DNA of 64,000 nucleotides, taken from the NCBI RefSeq assembly GCF_006345805.1, contig NC_043002.1, positions 77,810,001 through 77,874,000 on the forward strand, written 5' to 3'. Positions 52,243-64,000 of the stretch are shown piece by piece. This DNA comes from Octopus sinensis (taxonomy: Eukaryota). Below the pieces are notes generated by a model. That model was not told where the DNA came from. It saw only the letters and a list, made by a program, of their open reading frames with translations, and did not search any database. The translations under genes were made by a program, and so were the position numbers. Each line of letters begins with the position of its first letter. Position 1 is the first letter of the stretch.

Positions 52243-52490
52243 AAGGTAAGCAAGCTGGCAGAATTGTTAGCATGCTGGGCAAAATGCTTAGCAGCATTTC
52301 ATCTGTCTTTACATTCTGTGATCAAATTCTGCTGAGGTTGACTTTGCCTTTCATCCTTTCAGGGTCAACAGAATAAAGTACCAATTGAGCATTGGGATCA
52401 GTGTAATCAATAAATAGCACCCACACACACACACACACACCAATTCCCTGAAAATTTCAGGCCCTGTGCCTATAGTAGAAAGGAATTTTG
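52243..52490 (+). mobile_element. SINE family B, CpG-decayed
   Basis: agctggcagaattgttagcatgctggg...gaggttgactttgcctttcatcctttcagggtcaac. Confidence 0.82.
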
Positions 52491-55400
52491 GTATATAGTC
52501 ATTCTTTCAGTGTTATACTATGAGATAGCAGTTTAAGATTATCTTAGATATATTAGGATACTCTTAGTCCTTCAGCTGAACTGTTTGACTTTGAACTACA
52601 TTCATGTTATATTTCCTGGAGGATATCGCGAGAACTGATCTTGTTTTGTTAATATCAGTAACAGTTTATATCTTAAATGCTGTTAAGCTTCCTGAAGTAC
52701 TTCCTGAAGGTATCATTTTATAATTTCATTTAATTCAATTGTAATTCAACATAATTAATTTACTGTGTATACAGTGTTTGACTGACTTTCACAGGATGTC
52801 CAATTTTGGGAAAGCTGTTCTTGTAAAGTATATCATATGTAAATATGTAAAGTTATTTTAAATGCTAAGAAGATATTGCTGCTGAAATGTACCTATTAGA
52901 TAAGCTTTAGCTTTAAATACACTTTCACTAAGATCACTAAATTGTTCTTGTTTTTTTTTGGTGTGTGTTTTTTTTTTTTTTTCTGTTAATATTGGCTAGA
53001 ATTTTATACGGAACTTAGATATATATTGCAAGACTGGCTTAACTCATTCATAGATATATGAACTAGCTTTAACAACCAGTCTGAGAATTTGATATGTTTT
53101 TTAGGTAGATATACTTTCATCACATCTACCTTACTATCATCCTACATAAAGTTGCTGATGTAGTAAACAACGCTATATATAGTTTTTCATGCTAAAATTA
53201 GAGGAAATCTTTTTCTTGTACAGCTTTCAATAGACTTGTAAAATTTCAACTCTAGTTCAGTGATATTCTCCATTTTGTGTTTGAGGATATTTTTAATGAA
53301 TTAATTTTGTTTTTCTAAGCTGTTTTAATATTAGTTTTTCTGAGTTGTTTCTTTTCGTCTTTGTTTTTACTTACTGTTCATTAGTTTAAGTTGCTTAAAA
53401 GTAAGGAACTAGATGAGTTAGAATAGATCTTTCTTTCAAAACTAGTGTTGCTTAGAGTAGGAAGGAAGTAGTTTGCAAAAAAAAAAAAAGAAAACTATCG
53501 ATTGAAGGAGTTTTAAATCAAGTGAGTGATTACCTAACTATTTCCCATTCCTGTTGATGAGAGATTTTATTGCAATCTCCAGCTGTTGACTTTCTACTGG
53601 CATAAAACTTCTTATGATGTACAAATTACCACCATATAACTTCGCTTCAGTCAAACCTCATATCAGTTATCAACTTTATATATTACTTATTATGCAATAT
53701 GTCCTTTTAATGTCCATGTTGCATACTACAGCAAGGAAAATGGAACAAATACTCATAATTCAACAGCTTTCTCAGACACAAAACACTCCACAAAAATGTA
53801 CTTTTTTTTTTTTCTCACATTGATGCAGGATTTGACATATAATGATAATAGCAATAATCTCAATAAATTAATGTGGCTACATGCTTTAAACCATGAAAAA
53901 ATGGATAGGTTATAATTGGGGCTTAAGGGGGAGGGAGGGTCCATCTCTCATTAGTTGGCATTATGTGTAGCCAATATTTGTTATTTTAAATTCTAATCTA
54001 TTTCTTTCTGTCCCCATCTCTCTATCTCTGTCTATTTGTCTCTGTCCTCTATCATTTTTTATAAACTTTTTCATGTTGTATTGTTTGTTCTCTCTTAAAA
54101 TGTATTCTAATGAAATATGCTTTCTTTTCTTCGGTATTTGTTTGATATTTATATTTCTTTCTGTGTTCAATAGTGGCTGGGTGGTTAAATTTGCTTCAAC
54201 TGCATGGTGGCCTTTAAGTTGTGAATTACAGTATTTTAACGTGTATAAGGAGCCCTCATATATCAGGAACCTCCTAATTTTGGGGGTTTAAAATTTAGAA
54301 AAAAGACTTTGTAAAGGATTATTATACTATCCATGTATAAGAAACAAAAAAGGGATTCTTTATACACATTAAAATACGGTAAATCTTTGAATTTGCTTTG
54401 TGTCAATAAGTAGAAAATATTGATTTACTTAGACACTACTTCCCATTCATTGTTAAATAGTTTTCAATTTAAAATAGTCTGTCTCTCTAAAATACATACC
54501 TCAATAGTAGATTTCTAATGTATAAATTCATAAAAACTATTCATAACAAAATGAATCTGATGTTGAAGTCATTAAAATCTTATGTTTAAAATTAAAACTA
54601 ATAGCAATTCTCTAGCTTGTTACTAAATGGGTTTTTTTTTTCCATCATTATTGTTATTTTGCTATCTTTAAGAGTTCTGCTAAAAGCTATTTATTTCAGT
54701 GTTTTTAAAGAAGACTTAGAGCTATGACACCAAAACTTAACATTAAAAAACAAAAAGTTAATCAGTATCATTCTATACTAGTAGTATTTAATGAGTACAT
54801 CATTGTGAAGTTGTTTGAATAAACCAACAACTATATATGTCTGCATGGTTAAGAAGTTGGTTTTGCAATCATTTGGCTTTGGGTTTCACTCAGGGATATG
54901 GCACTATGAGCAAGGGTCTTCTATAGCCTCAAACTGTGCAGAAACCTCTCTGTGTGTATGTGTATGCGTGTGTGTGTGTGTCTTTGTATTCACACTTTCA
55001 CTAACAAAAATGTTTCTTGTCTTCTGTGTATGGTTGTGGAATAAAGTTCCTTACTTGAATTTTGTGTGTGTGAGACTCTCTTTGTAACTACTTGGTTTCG
55101 GGTTCATTCCCAATGTGCTGTATGTTGGGCAAATGTGTTTGTGTTTGTTCTCCTTCCAGTATTTGACAACTAGTGTTGGCTTGTTTACGGCCACATAACT
55201 TACAAGTACCAGACTTTTTTAAAAAACTGTAAGCACTAGGGTTGATTTGTTTCAGTAAAACCCTTCAGGGCAGTGCCACAATATGGTCACACTCTAATGA
55301 CTGAATCAAGTAAGACAAAATGATTATTTGTACACACACACAAACACATATATACATATATGTGTGTGTCTGTATATAATCAGTATTTTATTTGATCAAT

Positions 55401-55825
55401 TTTAAGGAGAGAAATTCTAGCCAACAGTCTGTAGAATTAAAATTAAGTGTAATGCTTAGTGCAAAATTCTTGATAGGAAATATGGCACAAGTGATATAAG
55501 AGAAGATTCAGCTGGTAGAATCCTGAGAGACTATCCCAGCCCTAAGCTAGGCAAAAGTTTTAGAATGTCGAGGTTTTTGATTTTGTGTGACATTATCCAC
55601 CTGATCAATTCCTGCTTTCTTTGCTTAATACCGTGCAGTGCCTTCATAGTTTGGAGAAACTTCATTGGATAACCATGTCTCAAACTACTAGAATAAATAC
55701 GAGAGGGGTCCTCTTGTAATATTCTGGTAATCTGCACTAGAGTCTTGGTTACTTTATGTCTATTAGTTATTTGCATCACTTAGTTCTTGTTAATGTAAAA
55801 CCAGTCTCCATTGTTTTTATTTATA

Positions 55826-56030
55826 AGGCAGTGAGCTGGTAGAATCATTAGCACATCGGACAAAGTGCTTAGTGGCATTTCTTCCAGCTCTTTACATTCT
55901 AAATTCAAATCCTCCCTTGGTTAACTTTACCTTTTAATTCCTTCGGGGTCAATAGAAAAAGTACCTGTCAAATACTGGAGTTGATGTAATCAATTTACTC
56001 CCCCTTCTCTTAAAATTGCTAACCTCAAAC
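55826..56030 (+). mobile_element. SINE family B, degenerate
   Basis: ggcagtgagctggtagaatcattagcac...ccttcggggtcaatag. Confidence 0.72.
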
Positions 56031-57171
56031 CCTGCAATGCACAAATACCCCATTCAGAAGAGATGTTGTAATCTCAGTCATATATCATAGAAACTAAGTG
56101 ACTGGCCTTATGAATCCTTGAGCTCCAGTGAAAAAATGATTATTGCAATTTAGCTCCATGGTCAAAAATATTCCACCCATGAGCATCTCATCTTGTTTTC
56201 AAACCTTTTTATATCGAGGACTACATTATCCAGTATATCTTTTATTGAAGGTAGTAGGGTGTGGGTTTACCAGCAAGTTCAACAACCACTTCAAGGCCTC
56301 TTTTTACTCATATTTGAATTATAATGAATTTCTGATTTTTTTTCTTTGATTTACATCAAACAGTAATAATGTTCTTTTTTTGTTTATGGTTGGTCTGTTT
56401 TGTAAAGCGGGGGCTACAGTTGATGTAATGGATTCCTAGTATCTTGTTCAAATTCATATTATCAAGTCTGAGTGGATAAAAATTCAAAATGGTTTTGAAT
56501 ATATTTGAGCTTGAAAATGTCACCATATGAATTATCATGATTGGTAGAGTGGTGATGGACTAAATCTAAAATCCCTTGCCATATTCAGTCAGAACTCAAA
56601 TCCCATTGGTAGGGTAGTTCTCAAACTGACAAATTTCAGTTCCCCTTCTCCTCTTCCTTATTCATCAAGAGACAAAAAAATTTTTTTTCATTCATATAAT
56701 TCTTCATTCTTTGCTATGGTCTTTAGATAAGTTTGAAACTGTCCTAATTTTATTAAACATGGCAATTTGTCTGCTTCCTTTCAATCTTCACAGCACTCCC
56801 TGTCTGTTGGAATTCTTCCCACCCCTTATGAGCCACTGCACTAAGCTCGACTATGCCTTCCATTCATCCTTTTGGGTTAATAACATAAGTGCCAGTCAAG
56901 TACTGGAGCTGGTTCAATTGACTATACTTCTCTCTAAAATTTTCAGAGACATTGTGTCTACTTTACAAATTCTTTGAAAGATGAGCAAGTTGATATAGAC
57001 ATGCAAAGTAATGTAGATGACTGGATAATAAAAAAAAATTTTTTCAAGAAAAACATTGAGAGGGTAGTTATTAGGTGGTATATAAGGTAGAGACATAAGG
57101 AAAATAATTTTTTTAAAAAAACATCTCCCAACCAGATAATTGAAAGTTGCATGCCACAAATGCTGCTTTTT

Positions 57172-57210
<39 letters not shown>

Positions 57211-59809
57211 CACACACACACATTAATGAAATGTGCTTCTTTGATATCTGAAAAAGTATACAGGAACTAGATTGAGTCTAGTACATGTTGAATTATGAAA
57301 GCATTTAAAATGTGGAAACCATTCCAACAAAGGGAACCTATTTGTAGTCATTCAACCTGCTAGAAATAGTAGATTGATTTCATTCAACACCTTGTTTTCT
57401 TTAAAAAAGAAAAAAACTTATATGTAGTCCTAAGTCAGTTATGGCAACCAACCTGTCAAACTTTTAATTTCTTTAACTCTTTTGTTAGCATATTTCTTTT
57501 GACACACACTGCATTTGTTTCAGTTAATTTTGAAAATAATTAAGAATTTAGTAAACTAACTTAGTCATTAAGCTGGTGTTTGGAACATAAATTAAGTTGA
57601 AAAATCTGATGGAAGGTTTTTAGACACTTGGAAACAAAAAGCTGGGTGGAATTTGGTGGGGGGTGGGGGTCCAAAACTCCATGTGTTAACTAAAAAAATC
57701 GCAGCATGTCATGTCACAGGTTTACATCCTAGGTACATTATGGAGTAGGGAGAGCCATGGGATGGTCACAGCTGGAATGCCTTTGAGCATAGATCTGCTC
57801 TGTTAACATATGAAAAATTCATGTTAAACAGATTATAATATATATAAATTAGACAATGATGTTTCAATGTTTCATTAAATAAGTAAATTAATTTTTTTTT
57901 TTTTAATGTTAAAATTAGTGTTCCTCTAGTTGCTGCACTTTATTAGTGTAGATTCTTTAAATTATTCAAAATAATGTATAAATCCAAATTACAGAAAAAT
58001 AATTGCCTTTATTTACATTAGCAGTGCTTAAATAGGTCAGTTACCATTTTGTGTGTGTGTGAGTGAGTGAAGGTGAGCCAGAGAGAATTTGCCTGTTTTT
58101 GCAATCTAGTTTGTCAGAATTTACTTTAAACTGAATATTTCCCTTGGGCGTTCTCTACTTTATGTAATTTAATGTTGTCTTTGTATCATGTAGTTTAAAA
58201 TTAGGCCTAAAAGACTGAAAGGTTGCACAAGTAAAATGTTTTAATACTTTATTGTTCAGTACATCATATCTTTAAATTGAAGTTTTTAGAGCTGTCTCAC
58301 AGTTGGAATTGTGATAAGAAGTTTTGGTGTAGAATTGGTTGGTACCTGCTGGTAATAAATATTGAGCTTATATTTCAAACACTATCTAGGTCAGTTTAGT
58401 CTTTCATCTCTTTCAGAACTATATTGAAATATGTAGGAAATTCACTAGAAATTGATTTAAGTTGAAGGATGGAAAAACTATTTCATGTTCCAGCCGTGCC
58501 ACATTTGTTGCTATAAAATTAGTTGTGGTTGAAGGTTACTATACATTCTTAAGCATTTTCATGCACTATATAAGAAATTCTTAAATGTAATGACATAAAT
58601 ATTCTTTCTTTTATTTCATTTCCTTGAAAAATATAAATATAAATGAATATATTCAAATATTTTGGATATAAATAAACTGATACAATTCCTTCATTTCTGA
58701 TAAACATTATTACCAATGCACTATTCTGTACACCACCAAAAGCATTTTATTCCTATATATGTACGATTAATAGTAACAGAAACTGTATTAATATCAAAAG
58801 GTAATCTATGTCCAACTTAATATGGACATTTTGTTAGAACACTGAATACTGTTTTATTTACCTTGAGAGGACCATTCATGGACACATGGTTCATAAAAGC
58901 ATTTGTTGGCTGACCAGAATTATCTACTATGGTCGCCAGTACTACCAGATCGTGATTTAAACCTGCCCAGTCTCCTCAGTGGCAGATGTCAGGTTATGAC
59001 ATAACAGCCAAATCTCACTGTCAACAATATAGAGAATTTCAGTGTCTTTTCAGGCATTGCTGTGGCAATAGCCATGAGGCTTATTAAAAAATAATTGATA
59101 GTAATAGAAGCAGAATTAATACCAAATAGCAATCTTTATGTCCAACTTAACATGGATGGTTTGTTAGAACACCAAATACTGCATTATTTATGTTATGAGG
59201 ACCTCTCATATGGATGCATGGTGCATAAAAGCCTTCATATATATATGACAGTTTTGAGAAGTTTGCTTTGCAACCACATGATTTCTTTGGCTGAGTGGCT
59301 CCTGTTATAATCCCAGGCCGACAAAAGCCTTGCGAGAGAATTTGGTTGGTAGAAACTGAAAAGAAGCCTGTCGTATGTGTCTATAGCTATATAAGGAGTG
59401 AGTGTGTTTGACCTCCTTGTCTTGACCCCACATGCTATCAGTAATCAATATCATTTAAGCAGGCTATGTAATTTGTTTGCAATCTTCCATGAAACTTGTC
59501 CAAACTCAAAGAAAATATACCTTGCTTGGAAATGAAGAGCATCCAACCTTTGAAAATCTGCCTCAGTGAATCCTAGCTGATCTATACAATCATGGAAAAG
59601 TGTCATTAAAATGATAATACATATTAACTGATATATTATCTACCTTTTCTATGCTAGCATGGGTTAGACAAGACTTCTTGGGGCAGTATTCTACTGGTAG
59701 ATGCCCTTCCTTATTTCATAACCCTTATATATTCTTCAGTTAGGTACTTTATTCTATGCCTTTGCATGCCACACTGCTGTGAAAACCAAAATACACACAC
59801 AGATATGTG

Positions 59810-59990
59810 AAGACATGTGACCTAATGGTTAGGATGTTAGACTTCTAATCAAAAGGTAGTAGGTTCAAATAATGGACTGGATGGGGCATTGTGTCCCTGA
59901 GCAAGATATGTAACTTCATGTAGCACTTATCTATTCAACTGAAAATGAGTACCAGCTAACTGCTGGTGTAGCCCTTTCTCTATCCAGCTG
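59810..59990 (+). mobile_element. SINE family C, degenerate
   Basis: gaagacatgtgacctaatggttaggatg...ggttcaaat...gtgtccctgagcaagat. Confidence 0.65.
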
Positions 59991-62519
59991 TTACATCTAA
60001 TGTGTTCCACTGGGTCAAGGGTGTAAAAAAAAAACCAAGATGCTGTCTCGATCCACTCGCATAGGCATCTAAAAGAATTTGTGAAAGTGTGAGACCAACT
60101 CCCAAGTCATGGCTTAAGGTTTTACATACACATATTTATCTGAACTGCACCTCCATTGTAATATTTTCATTTGGTTTTCTGGAGCCTTGTTTCTGGTACT
60201 AATCTTGTGTGTGTTTCAGAGAGGAAGGAACTGATCCATAACACATGCAGGTTGGTATCAAAAGATTTACTATTAGAGAAACATAACTAAGGCTGCCTCT
60301 GCTGCTATAATACAAAAATACTCACTCTAAAATTTCCATATTAATTAAAATCTTTCTTAACTTTATGATCTAAAAATCAGCTTAGTAATGAAAAGTTATT
60401 TTCCTAAATCCTTCCAAATCCTTGATTATTTTCAAAATTAATTAGAAACATATTGGAAATCTTGTTTATGGCTACAAAGAAGGTTCATAACCATTTGAAA
60501 TTGTTTATAGTTTCACATTCATAAAGGGCTGTGAGAAATGGTGAAAAAGAAAATTCCAGGGTAGTGTGGTTCAAAAAAGAGGATGCATATAGTGAGTCCA
60601 AACAGCAGTAATGGGCTTAAATGCAATCTGAGAATTTGCAAGAATGGTAGAAGTACAAAGTAGCTTAGATGTTGTTTAGACCCAAGTCAGCTCTAGTCAA
60701 GCAGATCAATGTATTCATTGAGGGAGGTCTTGTTGCTATTTCTAGCCAGTTGAACAATCATGTAGAGGCTTGCTCATTAGCTTGTAGTCCATCCAGATGT
60801 TTGTTGGTAAACTTTGGTCATTTGGTTAATGGTATTTCTTTAGGAAGTGAAAACAGTGAGTCAGAAGTTGAAATCTTATAACACAATTTGACCCCACTAT
60901 TCATCTTTTCAAGTATTTTGAAAAAGTTACAATTGCTTTCTTTTAACCAAAGTTTTTGTCTTTTTATATATTAACAAACCTCTTCCTGTCCTACCTACTA
61001 TGCTTAAAGAATCAGTTCCTTATCAATTCAAGAATTTTTAGTACCTCCTCCTTTAATTTTCTATTGCATTCATTGTCTTTGATCTGAAATGATCTTGAAC
61101 ACTTGACAACATTTCCTTCCTTTGACTAATTTGCTCTTGAAATTTTTCAGGAATCAAATTGAGACACAGTTCAATGTTTCCTACATTGTTTCTATTGTTG
61201 ATACAGTTCTCTGCCTGTATCTTTCTCTATGAACAAAAATTAGGTCCCATCAGCTCATTAAAGAACCAATCCTAAGCAGTTAAACAACCTACGAACTGGC
61301 AGTATTTAGTTACATCTCTGTACATCCTGAGGTCACCTATTTTTCACCCTTCCAGTGTCAGTACAAGTACCAGTCTATAAGTGTTGGGATTTGGGTTGAT
61401 TAAATCTAACCTATTCTTAAAGGTGATGCCCCAGCATGGTCTTATTCCAGTGAAACTTGTGAATATTGTGTCTATCTATTCCTATTGGTTTTATGCCAAT
61501 CCTTCATTGATGTTAAAGAGATGCCTAGCAAATATTTTATTTTTAATGTGTGTGTGTGTGTGTGTATGTATGCATGCATGCCTGATCTCTGTCGAACAAG
61601 CGTCTTCAAAAGTGCAAAATACTATCCATGTGAGTGCTACATTTTGTCAGCTACCTTTGCTCATGTAGTACAGTTGATCAAACCAGCATCACTTTCTTCA
61701 TATCTGACTATGGCAGTCTTAGATTGAAAATATCTGTCTAATGTGTTTTTGAGAATGGTGATTTACATTTTCAATGTCCAGACGTTGCATTTAATTTGCA
61801 TTAACTTACAATCACTTAACCTTTTTGACACCAACCCACCCAAGTCTGCTTCTGACTCTGATACAAAACTATCCATTTTGAAGTATTTTTGTAGTAAGTC
61901 TTTTAAGTTTTTATGTAAAAATGTTCAGTTTTTTTTCAAAATAAATTGTAATAGATAGGAGTAAATTTTTAAGTCTTGACTAAACTTGTTGGTATTTAAT
62001 AGGTTTCAACAGCTTTCAATATTTCATAGCAAAGTCAGATTGCATAAAAGATGCACAAGCATATTAGATGTGCCCCAATTTCAGTAGTGCATATTCAGGA
62101 GGAAAAAAGTTTTAGTGCATTAAAGCATGTAATATAGGACCAACTTTGAATATACGGTCCAGGATGGGTTTTTTGAAACACTAATTTTTCTGTCTTATAT
62201 GCCATCAAATACTATTGTGTTTAAACAGATAACAGATGAGCCAGTTTTCAATTTGCTAAATATAGCAGCTAAAACTTCTCACATTATACTGAATCAGTTA
62301 AAAATCAAAACAAAAAAAATAGGATGATCACAGCTTAAATACTTTTTGATCACTGGTCTCTTAAATCAGAGCTGACCTTGGACTGAACAGCATTTTAAGT
62401 TTCCTCTTCGCATCCGTCACTATCACTATCAATTTCTCTTGTTATGTCTATCATTTGCTTCTTGCTACTGAATGCATTGGTATGTCATAATTTCTCATCT
62501 GTAATTGTTGCATATAGTG

Positions 62520-62855
62520 AAGACACATGGCTCAGGGGTTAGAGCATCGAGCTTACAATCGTGAGGTTGTTAGTTCGAATCCTGGACTGGGCTGTGTGTT
62601 GTGTTCTTGAGCAAGACACTTTATTTCTCATTGCTCCAGTTCACTCAGCTGTAGAAATGAGTTGCAATGTCACAGGTGTGAAGCTGTATCGGCTGTTGCC
62701 TTTCCCTTGGATAACACTGGTAGCGTGGAGAGGGAAAGCCGGTATGCATGGGCGACTGCTGGTCTTCCATAAAAACAACCTTTCCCAGACTTGTACCTGG
62801 GAGCCTAACTTTCTAGGTACAATCCTACGGTCAGTCATGACCAAAGGGGGTCTCA
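62520..62855 (+). mobile_element. SINE family C, near full length
   Basis: tggctcaggggttagagc (A box), agttcgaatcc (B box), gtgttcttgagcaagacac core. Confidence 0.82.
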
Positions 62856-64000
62856 GCAATTGTTGCATCTTGTGAAATCAGATTCTGGACAAACAGAACA
62901 AAAACTTAAAGCTTTTTTTTTTTTTACGACTCCTCTCAGTGAAGAAAGAGCACCATCCATGGTCCTTTTCAGGGCCTCTGAGACTAATGGAATAAAGTTA
63001 TGCTCAAACTGGAAACCTGGCCCAAATGCTTGCAACAAAGTGACTTGAATGTACCCAAAGGCCAAGTAGTGATGTTAAACTGGATAATAAATTATGGTTA
63101 TTGTTGATTGTGACATTCATTCCAGCTCTTTACATCCCAAATTAAAATCCTACTACGGTCAAATTTTACTTTTCATCTCTCCAGTCTTGATGAGGTCAAT
63201 TAACTACCTTTCCCTAAAAACAACTTGCTTTGTTCCTCAATCAGACACCATTGTTGTTGTTATTTCAAATTCTGCCTAAGCGAGCAGGCCAATATATATA
63301 TATAATGTGTGCGTGTACCAGAAACATCTTGTTGCTCAATTTTAATTTCATTTAAAAGACAGTAATTTGTTATTGGCTCTTTAACATCCTTCGAACCTTT
63401 ATCTAAAAGCAGCAGAATCTAGTTTCAAACAAATATAAAGATGTGCAATTGCTTTAGATGTTTAATAATAGTTGAATGAATTATTAAAGATAAAATTTTG
63501 TCACTCTAATTAACCTTTGATTTCTGGTAGATGCTTTAAAGATCAATAATGTACTATTGAACTTTACAAGACTGAGGCTTCTACCAGATATAAAAGATTA
63601 ATGGAAGTTGAATGCCAATACGAAGTGACATTAAATAGTCTTAACATATTTTTGTTACGTTTTATCACAAACATCTCATTTCATTTCTGATCAACTATTA
63701 TATTCTAAATTATTGCCTACAGATGTGTTCATGAATTATATGAAATCTTTGGACATAACAATTTGCTTGCCTAAAGTTTCACACCTAATTGGGAATTATT
63801 GTTTTTCTTTTCTTTCTTTCTTTTTTTAAATACTATTTATAATGGCAAGATCAATAGATGTTTTGCAGACAATATACCATTAGATCTCACAATATTTAGA
63901 CAAACCAACAACAGTGCCACTGTGTGGTCACTAGACATACTAGAAATAAGTCAAATCTCTCTTACAGGACACATAGAATAATATAGGCTAGGGTACACTT

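Overview
AT-rich, microsatellite-dense animal DNA that is almost entirely transposon-derived, intronic or intergenic. The SINE families look like those of octopod cephalopods (inference from recalled repeat motifs; no search was run). Most ORF-track entries are artefacts of microsatellites or SINEs. Protein-coding remnants I can support: a 5'-truncated RTE LINE (2.2-3.2 kb), a Helitron helicase 3' half with one stop and an intact hairpin-CTAG end (5.6-7.4 kb), an R4/Dong-type LINE with a restriction-like endonuclease sitting in (TAA)n (20.8-22.2 kb), and small RTE and L1/Tx1-like remnants. One host-gene start is likely: a CpG-retaining promoter at about 37.4-37.8 kb with three 40-bp octamer+AGGTCA repeats, then a first coding exon MASNGHSGPMKVRLT|G. 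This resembles the N-terminus and first-intron position of Smurf E3 ligases; I found no matching second exon in the remaining 26 kb. The most notable unexplained structures are two minimal hammerhead-ribozyme-like motifs on the minus strand, retroelements with a shared 3' tail inserted at the same site of a SINE head, a fold-back element built around a tRNA-like cloverleaf, a tandem repeat with micro-exon/intron architecture, and a CpG-decay boundary readable from SINE copies.
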